Assembly: GCA_963665885.2 (NCBI GenBank)
Contig: CAXXDR010000001.1
Location: 32,049-56,048, forward strand
Direction: 5' to 3'
DNA length: 24,000 nt
From: Bacteroidales bacterium
Lineage (GTDB): Bacteria; Bacteroidota; Bacteroidia; Bacteroidales; JALOCA01
Part shown: positions 1-7,376 of the stretch, piece by piece
Layout of the letters: every line of letters begins with the position of its first letter
How positions within the stretch are numbered: the stretch's first letter is position 1
Position numbers and translations under genes: made by a program
The notes under the pieces: generated by a model
Seen by the model: the letters and a program-made list of their open reading frames with translations, nothing else
What the model was told of the DNA's origin: nothing
Database searches by the model: none

Positions 1-2250
1 TTGCCGCCACTGGCTTTAAAAGTGAGGGTACTTCCGGTTTCACCTACCTGTACATACGGAGATACAAGAGCTACAAAAGCATGAGTATCCAATTGTCCGT
101 TGCTTCCATCCAAACCATTCATAATAAAACCAACATTCGGAGCAGAAGGAGCCATACCATGTAAGGTTGTACTTACATCGGCTATAGTGTTGGATAATGA
201 GGTCTGGAGATCGGCTGTCCAGTCTTCAGGCAAGAATGGTGTGGTAACCTCATCAAAATTCTCTGTTAAATTGGTTACGGGAGTATGAGGTATAACCGGT
301 GCAAAAGTTATGTCATCAACAAATACCGGTGTGCAGGTATTTACATTTCCATGTTTAAAGGCAAGGTAAGTATTTCCTGGAGTAGTTAGCGTTAACGAAC
401 ATTCGGTAAAACTTGCTGCCGTAAGGTCAAATTGCTGTAATGGAATAAATGTAGTAGTATCCGACGGATTGGTCATCGTTCCTATGATGATCGGGTTGCC
501 GCCACTGGCTTTAAAAGTGAGAGAACTTCCGTTTTCACCTACCTGTACATACGGAGATACAAGAGCTACAAAAGCATGAGTATCCAATTGTCCGTTGCTT
601 CCATCCAAACCATTCATAATAAAACCAACATTCGGAGCAGAAGGAGCCATACCATGTAAGGTTGTACTTACATCGGCTATAGTGTTGGATAATGAGGTCT
701 GGAGATCGGCTGTCCAGTCTTCAGGCAAGAATGGTGTGGTAACCTCATCAAAATTCTCTGTTAAATTGGTTACGGGAGTATGAGGTATAACCGGTGCAAA
801 AGTTATGTCATCAACAAATACCGGTGTGCAGGTATTTACATTTCCATGTTTAAAGGCAAGGTAAGTATTTCCTGGAGTAGTTAGCGTTAACGAACATTCG
901 GTAAAACTTGCTGCCGTAAGGTCAAATTGCTGTAATGAAATAAATGTAGTAGTATCCGACGGATTGGTCATCGTTCCTACGATGATCGGGTTGCCGCCAC
1001 TGGCTTTAAAAGTGAGAGAACTTCCGTTTTCGCCTACCTGTACATACGGAGATACAAGAGCTACAAAAGCATGGGTATCTAATTGTCCGTTGCTTCCATC
1101 CAAACCATTCATAATAAAAGCAACATTCGGAGCAGAAGGAGCCATACCATGTAAGGTTGAGCTTACATCGGCTATGGTATTGGAAAGCGAAGTCTGAATA
1201 TCGGCTGTCCAGTTTTCAGGTAAGAAAGGAGTGGTTACTTCATCAAAATTCTCCGTTAAATTGGTTACAGGAGTATGAGGTATAACCGGTGCAAAAGTTA
1301 TGTCATCAACAAATACAGGTGTGCAGGTATTTACATTTCCATGTTTAAAGGCAAGGTAAGTATTTCCTGGAGTAGTCAGCGTTAACGAACATTCGGTAAA
1401 ACTTGCTGTCGTAAGGTCAAATTGCTGTAATGGAATAAATGTAGTGGTATCCGACGGATTGGTCATTGTTCCTACAATAATTGGGTTACCGCCACTGGCT
1501 TTAAATGTAAGGGTACTTCCGGTTTCACCAACCTGTACATACGGAGATATAAGAGCTACAAAAGCATGGGTATCTAATTGTCCGTTGCTTCCATCCAAAC
1601 CATTCATAATAAAACCAACATTCGGAGCAGAAGGAGCCATACCATGTAAGGTTGAGCTTACATCGGCTATGGTATTGGATAATGAGGTCTGGAGATCGGC
1701 TGTCCAGTCTTCAGGCAAGAATGGTGTGGTTACTTCATCAAAATTCTCTGTTAAATTGGTTACAGGAGTATGAGGAATAACCGGTGCAAAAGTTATGTCA
1801 TCAACAAATACCGGTGTACACGTGTTTACGTTTCCATGTCTAAAGGCTAAGTAAGTATTTCCAAGTGTCGTCAGCGTTAATGAACATTCGGTAAAATTTG
1901 CTGCCGTAAGGTCAAATTGCTGTAATGGAATAAATGTAGTAGTATCCGACGGATTGGTCATCGTTCCTACGATGATCGGGTTGCCGCCACTGGCTTTAAA
2001 TGTAAGGGCACTTCCGGTTTCGCCTACCTGTACATACGGAGATACAAGAGCTACAAAAGCATGGGTATCTAATTGTCCGTTGCTTCCATCCAAACCATTC
2101 ATAATAAAAGCAACATTCGGAGTAGAAGGAGCCATACCATGTAAGGTTGAACTTACATCGGCTATGGTATTGGAAAGCGAAGTCTGAATATCGGCTGTCC
2201 AGTCTTCAGGCAAGAAAGGAGTGGTTACTTCATCAAAATTCTCTGTTAAT
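1..2250. repeat. Tandem array of 495-bp units (165 codons), 4.5 copies in the window, continuing past the left edge
   Basis: The motif ttgccgccac (ttaccgccac in one copy) recurs at 1, 496, 991, 1486 and 1981, an exact 495-bp period. ORF-track peptides at 100..288 and 595..783 are identical. Copies 1 and 2 differ at only about five positions by eye. The last copy diverges near 2248, where ...ctctgttaat gaagttacgg replaces ...ctctgttaaattggttac. Confidence 0.95.
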
Positions 2251-3668
2251 GAAGTTACGGGGACAGGACCTTCAGAACCTAATTTAACTAACCATACATT
2301 GCTATTTTCAGGAGAATTGGTTCTTCCGGCTAAAATATATCCTCCATCAGAAACTTTGTTAAGAGAAGCAAACATATCATCATTATAACCGGCTGTAATA
2401 TTTTTTTCCCATACGACATCTCCATTTGCATCTGTTTCAATAAGCAAACCATCAAAAGCTGTTTGAGGAGAATAGGTCTCGCCTGCAAATAAATAATTAC
2501 CAGCAGGTGTTATCTGAACATCTTCAAAGGCTCCCGGTTCAAATATTTTTTCCCAAATTTTCTGACCATTTCCATCTGCTCTTACAACCCAGTCTTTATA
2601 GCCAATCTGGTCATTTATTTGCCTTTCGCCACAAATAATATAACCTCCATCGGAGGTTTGTTTTACAGAGCGAAACATATCATGAAATTCTGTACCAAAA
2701 TGATTCGTCCATAAGGTATCACCATTGCTATTAAATTTAACAAGCCATCCGTCATGACAATATTTTATAGTATCGGCGGTTAAGCTGTCATAAGTTGCAT
2801 GTTTATCACCTACGGCCACATAATTGCCATCGGAAGTAGGAATAATACGGTAAAGTCTTTCCCAATATTCGTCACCATAAACATGATTACTAATTTCAAC
2901 ACCACTGCTACTTACTTTCTCTATCCAAGCCTGCCACATATAATCTTTCAGATTGCCAAAACCAATGGCAATAAAACTACCATCCGGCATTTCCTCTACA
3001 TCATAAAGCAAGTCTGTATCACCATGAGTACTCATCATAGGGTGATAACCATGGCTCCAGATCATATTTCCACTATTATCGATCTTCATTATCCAGCCTT
3101 CAAATCCCCAGCCGAAAGCCGTGGAAGTGCCGCATGCAATATATCCGCCATCAGAAGTCTGTTTTATAGCATGAATCTCGTCGACATAGCTGTCACCATA
3201 GGTTTTGCTCCAAACAATATTTCCACTCTGATCGGTTTTAATAATCCAGCCATCATAATCTCCAGATCCGATACCATTGGTTCTACCGGCAATGATATAA
3301 CCACCATCAGAAGTTTGCCGGGTACAAAAGGCCTCATCGTTTCCACCTCCGTCAAAGCTTTTTGTCCATGCTGTATCCGGTTCCAACCGGGAATGTCCAT
3401 TCCATTTCTGTCCTCCCTGATTCATTCCGTTTAAAGCATTTGATATTTGAGAACTCGTTGTTCCATTACTTTTGGTAATTTTAGAAATAATCGCACGCAT
3501 ATCGGACGGTGGATCTGCGGCGATTACGTTCATTGCCCTATTTTCCGCACCAAAAAAAGAACGGGGGTTGTTCAAAACATTATTACCCTCCTTCTTCTGC
3601 GCAAAGGCATTAAAGGTCAAAAACATTACGAAACACGCAATGACTAACCTGGTAAACATTTTTTTCAT
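1..3668 (-). CDS. Large secreted repeat protein, 3' end beyond the window. It has a signal peptide, seven SDGGY-type beta-propeller-like repeats and >=4.5 tandem 165-aa modules that look jelly-roll / choice-of-anchor-J-like.
   Basis: It is absent from the ORF track because no stop lies inside the window. Manual reverse-complement translation from the ATG at 3668 gives MKKMFTRLVIACFVMFLTFNAFAQKKEGNNVLNNPRSFFGAE..., a signal peptide. The frame (plus-strand triplets starting at positions divisible by 3) was hand-checked as open at 3541-3668, 3241-3300, 2221-2280 and 1-62. No - strand ORF in this frame appears in the track, which fits one uninterrupted ORF. Recurrent motifs are TSDGGYIIAG, TSDGGYIACG, MPDGSFIAIG, TSDGNYVAVG, TSDGGYIICG, TPAGNYLFAG and VSDGGYILAG, each followed by W..K.D..G..W. 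After these come repeated modules of the form LTENFDEVTTPFLPEDWT...VFVDDITFAPV. Confidence 0.8.
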   Translation of the reverse strand, partial: MKKMFTRLVIACFVMFLTFNAFAQKKEGNNVLNNPRSFFGAENRAMNVIAADPPSDMRAIISKITKSNGTTSSQISNALNGMNQGGQKWNGHSRLEPDTAWTKSFDGGGNDEAFCTRQTSDGGYIIAGRTNGIGSGDYDGWIIKTDQSGNIVWSKTYGDSYVDEIHAIKQTSDGGYIACGTSTAFGWGFEGWIMKIDNSGNMIWSHGYHPMMSTHGDTDLLYDVEEMPDGSFIAIGFGNLKDYMWQAWIEKVSSSGVEISNHVYGDEYWERLYRIIPTSDGNYVAVGDKHATYDSLTADTIKYCHDGWLVKFNSNGDTLWTNHFGTEFHDMFRSVKQTSDGGYIICGERQINDQIGYKDWVVRADGNGQKIWEKIFEPGAFEDVQITPAGNYLFAGETYSPQTAFDGLLIETDANGDVVWEKNITAGYNDDMFASLNKVSDGGYILAGRTNSPENSNVWLVKLGSEGPVPVTSLTENFDEVTTPFLPEDWTADIQTSLSNTIADVSSTLHGMAPSTPNVAFIMNGLDGSNGQLDTHAFVALVSPYVQVGETGSALTFKASGGNPIIVGTMTNPSDTTTFIPLQQFDLTAANFTECSLTLTTLGNTYLAFRHGNVNTCTPVFVDDITFAPVIPHTPVTNLTENFDEVTTPFLPEDWTADLQTSLSNTIADVSSTLHGMAPSAPNVGFIMNGLDGSNGQLDTHAFVALISPYVQVGETGSTLTFKASGGNPIIVGTMTNPSDTTTFIPLQQFDLTTASFTECSLTLTTPGNTYLAFKHGNVNTCTPVFVDDITFAPVIPHTPVTNLTENFDEVTTPFLPENWTADIQTSLSNTIADVSSTLHGMAPSAPNVAFIMNGLDGSNGQLDTHAFVALVSPYVQVGENGSSLTFKASGGNPIIVGTMTNPSDTTTFISLQQFDLTAASFTECSLTLTTPGNTYLAFKHGNVNTCTPVFVDDITFAPVIPHTPVTNLTENFDEVTTPFLPEDWTADLQTSLSNTIADVSTTLHGMAPSAPNVGFIMNGLDGSNGQLDTHAFVALVSPYVQVGENGSSLTFKASGGNPIIIGTMTNPSDTTTFIPLQQFDLTAASFTECSLTLTTPGNTYLAFKHGNVNTCTPVFVDDITFAPVIPHTPVTNLTENFDEVTTPFLPEDWTADLQTSLSNTIADVSTTLHGMAPSAPNVGFIMNGLDGSNGQLDTHAFVALVSPYVQVGETGSTLTFKASGG

Positions 3669-3833
3669 CGTCTTGTGATTTTAGATTAGTTAAACATTAT
3701 TAAACTTTAAATTTAAAAGACATCTCCTGGCTTTATAAGCATTTTATAACACATCACAGCATCACGTTGCCAGACATCTTAATCTTTTGCTAAAAAACAA
3801 AATGGAATAAATGTACTCTTAAAAAACTGTGGT

Positions 3834-3841
3834 CAAAAATA
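3834..3841 (-). promoter_or_regulatory. Candidate Bacteroidota -7 promoter box (TATTTTTG on the - strand) for the giant repeat-protein gene
   Basis: Plus-strand caaaaata at 3834-3841 is TAnnTTTG on the - strand. It is the only exact match in the 3669-4069 spacer. It implies a ~165-nt leader, so the call is tentative. Confidence 0.3.
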
Positions 3842-3872
3842 GGCAGAGGAAGTATAATAATATAATTTTTAC

Positions 3873-3892
3873 GGTGGACAAATGGTGGACAA
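3873..3892. promoter_or_regulatory. Direct repeat GGTGGACAA-N2-GGTGGACAA (TTGTCCACC x2 on the - strand), a candidate regulator-binding site
   Basis: ggtggacaa occurs at 3873-3881 and again at 3884-3892, an 11-bp register. It lies ~31 bp upstream (on the - strand) of the candidate -7 box. A binding function is inferred only. Confidence 0.3.
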
Positions 3893-4069
3893 GTTGAAAA
3901 TAATTTTTCACAAAACAGACTGACATCCAACAATTAATAGCCGAACATGATTTTTAGGTTCATCAAATTCCGGTTATCAAACAAGTTTTGTATGGTTTTC
4001 AGGAAAATTTTTCTGTGATTTTTCAGCTAAAAATAATTGCCAGCCGGCAAATGGAATTTTAACCCCTTT

Positions 4070-5884
4070 TTATATATTTCTGATGAAATCGTCCAGGTTT
4101 GTTTTATTATCCAAATCAAGTTTTTTACGAATCCTGTATCGTGTGGTTTTAACCGTTTCGGTAGTAATGTTAAGCATTTTTGCTATTTCTTTGTTTTGAA
4201 GGTTGATTCGCAGGTAGGCACAAAAACGCAGTTCGGTTTCTGAGAGTTTAGGGCATAGTTGTTTTATTGAAACAAAAAAGTCGTGGTGTATCCGATCAAA
4301 CATTTCTTTAAACTGATTCCAGTCATTATCGAGATTCAGGTTTTTTTCTATTGTTTTCCGCAATTCTTTATACGATTCCTTATCTATGGACTTGGCATCG
4401 TTAATTTTATCCAATGAATTCAGGATATCGGACAGAATTTCATTCTTGGCAGCCAATTGCAGGGATGTGGTGGTCATCTCCTTGTTTTTCGATTCTATTT
4501 CGGTTTGATACCTATTTTTTTCCAGTGCGGATATCTTCTCATCCGCCAGGATCCTTTCCTGTAAAATACTATTGTCCAATTCCTTTAGCTGAACTGACTT
4601 TTTCAGATTCCGGTTAGTCAAAATAATTAACCAGCCGAGCATAAGAATTAAAAGAATAATGGAAGTGGATGCAAGGGTAATAATGGTATTTTGCCTCTTT
4701 TTGATTTCATATTTTTTTTGAAGCAGTTCATTTTCATAATCTTTTTTATGCAAATCGTATTTCCATTGGATGTCTGCTATTTTTTTATGCGTTTCATCGT
4801 TCATGATGCTATCCTTGATGCTGGCATATCGTTTGAAATATTTCAGGGACAGGCTGCAGTTCCCTTCTTTTTCTTCTATCATCGACAGATTTTGTAATGC
4901 CTGCATGGAATTGCTTTTGGATTCACTTCCTACGGAATTCTTTAAGCTCAATTCCAGATATTTTTTTGCCAGCGGATATTTTCCCGAATCATAATACAAG
5001 CTACCTAATTCCAGATAAGCAAAACTTAAAAGGCTCCGGTTATTATAGTATTTTAAATATTCCATTGCCCTGCTCATGTAATAAAAAGCTTCTTTGGTAT
5101 TTTTCATATTTTTACCAATATTGCTCAGATTAACAAAAGCCAATACAATCTGAGAAGAGTCCTTAAGCCGGAAAAATGTTTGAAGAATATTATGATAACA
5201 ATTCCTGGCTTTCAGATAATCTTTTTTCTCGAAATAGCAATTGGCAATATTTAAATCTATTCCGCTTTCATTATGTATATCGCCCGATTGCCGGCAAAGG
5301 GCTTTTGCCTGTTCAAAATACCTGATGGCTTTATCATACTCCTTTAAGGAAATGTTTACAATACCCAATCCGTTATATATCAAACCTACCACATGCTTAT
5401 CCTGAATATTTTCCGACTTTTTCAATGCTTCCGTAAAATAGGTGATCGCTTTGTAATAATCCTCCGTACCCAGATAATAGTTGGCTATTCCATTTTTTAT
5501 CTTTACAGTCAGCAAATCGTTATGCAGGTTTTCCGAAGTTTTGAGGCTTTTCATGAGATAATAAATAACGCTGTCGTCCCTCCCTATCATCCGAAGGCAT
5601 AATGCTTTCTTCTGAAATGCTTTGGCCAGATTGGTGCTATCCTTGCTTTTCTGAGCTATTTTAATGGCTGTATTAGCAAGCGAAAGATAATAATTCGGAT
5701 TTTTCCAGTAATTGGAATCCACTGTATTTATAATTGCCAACAGTTTCTGGTTTTCAACACTAAGCTGTCGGGATGAGGTATGATGTTTATGATTTACTAA
5801 AATAATAATGGCTGCAGAAATGATTATCAATAGCAAAACAGCTACACTACGGATAATCATTTTTATAGATATATGGTAAGACAT
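4070..5884 (-). CDS. Transmembrane one-component regulator: N-terminal TM anchor, TPR-repeat sensor domain, second TM helix, coiled coil and C-terminal LuxR/GerE-type HTH
   Basis: This is a 604-aa ORF. TM1 is IIRSVAVLLLIIISAAIIILV. TPR-like repeats recur as A..Y...A......G......Y..LG, for example YYKAITYFTEALK, YDKAIRYFEQAKALC and YLKARNCYHNIL. TM2 is IITLASTSIILLILMLGWLIILT. A heptad-rich segment follows. The C-terminus LSETELRFCAYLRINLQNKEIAKMLNITTETVKTTRYRIRKKL (DNA 4073-4246) matches the LuxR/GerE HTH pattern. Confidence 0.85.
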   Translation of the reverse strand: MSYHISIKMIIRSVAVLLLIIISAAIIILVNHKHHTSSRQLSVENQKLLAIINTVDSNYWKNPNYYLSLANTAIKIAQKSKDSTNLAKAFQKKALCLRMIGRDDSVIYYLMKSLKTSENLHNDLLTVKIKNGIANYYLGTEDYYKAITYFTEALKKSENIQDKHVVGLIYNGLGIVNISLKEYDKAIRYFEQAKALCRQSGDIHNESGIDLNIANCYFEKKDYLKARNCYHNILQTFFRLKDSSQIVLAFVNLSNIGKNMKNTKEAFYYMSRAMEYLKYYNNRSLLSFAYLELGSLYYDSGKYPLAKKYLELSLKNSVGSESKSNSMQALQNLSMIEEKEGNCSLSLKYFKRYASIKDSIMNDETHKKIADIQWKYDLHKKDYENELLQKKYEIKKRQNTIITLASTSIILLILMLGWLIILTNRNLKKSVQLKELDNSILQERILADEKISALEKNRYQTEIESKNKEMTTTSLQLAAKNEILSDILNSLDKINDAKSIDKESYKELRKTIEKNLNLDNDWNQFKEMFDRIHHDFFVSIKQLCPKLSETELRFCAYLRINLQNKEIAKMLNITTETVKTTRYRIRKKLDLDNKTNLDDFIRNI

Positions 5885-5912
5885 AAAGGAAAGATTATGT
5901 TTAAACTGGGGT

Positions 5913-5920
5913 CAAATGTA
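5913..5920 (-). promoter_or_regulatory. Bacteroidota -7 promoter box (TACATTTG on the - strand) for the TPR-LuxR gene
   Basis: Plus-strand caaatgta at 5913-5920 is TAnnTTTG on the - strand, 28 nt upstream of the ATG at 5884. Confidence 0.5.
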
Positions 5921-6093
5921 AAGCAAATCGGGCAAATATCATGAAGAAAACGTTAGCTGAAGGAAAATCATTGGCATAAATGGCCTTTTGCTTTACCCTG
6001 CCGATCCGGAAAACGAATTCATCGCCGGACGAGTGGAAAAATCAAAATTAGCTATGCCGGTCTTAATTATTCCGCTTCGATACTGTAGACCGG

Positions 6094-6720
6094 TTAAAAA
6101 AGTTTTGTTGCCAACGCTGTGAGTGCCGATAAAATATATTCTATTCCGATAGCGATAACAATAAAGCCGATTATCCGCGACAGAGCATTGATACCCGAAG
6201 CGCCAAGCGCCTTAACGATGACGGCTGAACTTCGAAGAATAATATAAACAATCACAGAAACGGTCAGGATGGCGAGTACAAGAAACATTTTTTCCTTTAG
6301 CAGGGTGTATTCCTGATTATAGGTGATAAGCAGGGAAATGGTTCCGGGCCCTGCCAGCATAGGGATGGCCAGTGGGGTTAACGAAACATCCTGACGGTTC
6401 AGCGCATCTTCCTTTACATGCTCCTGCATCCCTTTATGTTTATTGAAATTACCGGTTAGCAGTGCAAAGCCGGAAGAAGCAATGATCAATCCGCCGGCAA
6501 TTTTCAGAGAGTAGATACTTATTCCGAAAAATTCAAGAATAAATCTACCGAGAAAGAAAGAGATCAGCAAAATGACGCAGGCATCAATAGCCGTTTTTAA
6601 CGAGATTCGCGCTTTTTCCTTACTCGAATTCTTTTCCGTTAAACCCACAAAGATTGGAACAGTTCCCAAGGGATTGATAACGGAGAATAACGCACCCAAA
6701 GCTAACAGGAATAGATTCAT
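6094..6720 (-). CDS. MarC-family (UPF0056) integral membrane protein
   Basis: The 208-aa ORF has about six hydrophobic helices. The N-terminus MNLFLLALGALFSVINPLGTVPIFVGLT carries the NP.G..P.F signature I associate with MarC/YhgN-type proteins. Confidence 0.8.
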   Translation of the reverse strand: MNLFLLALGALFSVINPLGTVPIFVGLTEKNSSKEKARISLKTAIDACVILLISFFLGRFILEFFGISIYSLKIAGGLIIASSGFALLTGNFNKHKGMQEHVKEDALNRQDVSLTPLAIPMLAGPGTISLLITYNQEYTLLKEKMFLVLAILTVSVIVYIILRSSAVIVKALGASGINALSRIIGFIVIAIGIEYILSALTALATKLF

Positions 6721-6733
6721 TTGTTTTTTTTTG

Positions 6734-6741
6734 CAAAGTTA
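6734..6741 (-). promoter_or_regulatory. Bacteroidota -7 promoter box (TAACTTTG on the - strand) for the MarC-family gene
   Basis: Plus-strand caaagtta at 6734-6741 is TAnnTTTG on the - strand, 13 nt upstream of the ATG at 6720. Confidence 0.5.
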
Positions 6742-6754
6742 AAAAAAATTGAGT

Positions 6755-6840
6755 TTGGAATACTTAATTTGGGGAGTGCCTAAAATACTTAAAATTCGGA
6801 GTGTCTAAAGTACTTAGCGTTTGGAGTACTTAAAGTCTTT
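6755..6840. repeat. Degenerate ~25-bp direct repeats (GGAGT..CTAAA.TACTTA), about 3.5 copies
   Basis: GGAGT occurs at 6773, 6798 and 6823. TACTTA occurs at 6761, 6786, 6811 and 6827. Two full units are ggagtgcctaaaatacttaaaattc and ggagtgtctaaagtacttagcgttt. Confidence 0.7.
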
Positions 6841-6891
6841 TAGACGCTTTATGTTATCACTTAAAAACAAATCATCCGGACCCCTCCCCAG

Positions 6892-6913
6892 CCCTCCCCT
6901 CGCGAGGGGAGGG
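6892..6913. repeat. Perfect 22-bp GC-rich palindrome CCCTCCCCTCG|CGAGGGGAGGG
   Basis: Read directly: ccctcccctcg at 6892-6902 is the exact reverse complement of cgaggggaggg at 6903-6913. It is preceded by the related run cccctccccag. No flanking T-run is present on either strand. Confidence 0.9.
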
Positions 6914-7010
6914 AGATATGCACCTAAATATTAAGAGAATACCGAAGGGTGGGGTCTGAAGACTTACAAGTTTCACTTGGTTAATAGCTACTGCTATTAT
7001 AATGCTAAGG

Positions 7011-7250
7011 AACTTTATGAACCTTACGAATCCCGAATCGCTTCACCCGGGATTTCGCTTCGCTCAGCTTTACAAACCTTATAAACTTTATAAACCTTAT
7101 GAACCTTACGCTTCCCGACGAAGCATCGCTAAGTCGTTCCTCCTAAGCGATGCTATGCCGGGACTTCGCTTCGCTCAGCTTTACAAACCTTACAAACTTT
7201 ACAAACCTTATAAACCTTATAAACTTTATGAACTTTATAAACTTTACAAA
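7011..7250. repeat. Composite 9-bp microsatellite (CYTTAYRAA) in three blocks of 2, 4.7 and 8 units. The two large blocks each follow a ~22-bp anchor (ccgggayttcgcttcgctcag), giving a ~111-bp higher-order repeat.
   Basis: The blocks lie at 7013-7030, 7068-7110 and 7179-7250, the last reading ctttacaaa ccttacaaa ctttacaaa ccttataaa ccttataaa ctttatgaa ctttataaa ctttacaaa. The anchors lie at 7046-7067 and 7157-7178. Confidence 0.9.
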
Positions 7251-7376
7251 CTCCCTTCCCTGATAAGCTTCTCCGCCCCTCTGCTATGCCCCAACATTCC
7301 GTTTCATAAGGACTACGCGGGATTTCGAAGTCCATATTCTTTATTACAATAAGCTTGGCGGCAACTGCGATAAGGT

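Noticed and set aside
100-2187. Five + strand ORFs (100..288, 595..783, 964..1197, 1444..1773, 1954..2187) encoding repeated MLPSKPFIIKPTFGAEG... peptides
   Set aside because: They are antisense shadows of the 495-bp repeat. The - strand frame is open throughout, has a signal peptide at its start and encodes domain-like sequence. The + ORFs are short, each interrupted by stops in every unit, and merely inherit the repeat periodicity.
2799-3678. A + strand 211-aa ORF (2799..3434), a - strand 78-aa ORF (3164..3400) and + strand ORFs at 3447..3647 and 3472..3678
   Set aside because: All overlap the SDGGY-repeat or signal-peptide part of the 1-3668 gene in other frames or on the other strand. 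Their translations are low-complexity (I/T/S-rich) with no recognisable motifs.
4036-4051. Small hairpins after the TPR-LuxR stop (ttgcc/ggcaa at 4037-4050) and after the MarC stop (ccggtct 6058-6064 pairing with agaccgg 6087-6093) as terminators
   Set aside because: The stems are only 5-7 bp, with either a tiny or a 22-nt loop and interrupted U-tracts. This is too weak to annotate as terminators without 3'-end data.
4037-5602. Several 67-78-aa + strand ORFs antisense to the TPR-LuxR gene
   Set aside because: They lie inside a well-supported 604-aa - strand CDS. Their F/I/L-rich translations are typical of antisense reading of AT-rich coding DNA.
7046-7250. Possible diversity-generating retroelement template/variable repeat pair (two ~110-bp related copies)
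   Set aside because: The differences are T/C transitions and unit-number changes, not adenine-specific substitutions. No reverse transcriptase or target gene is nearby.
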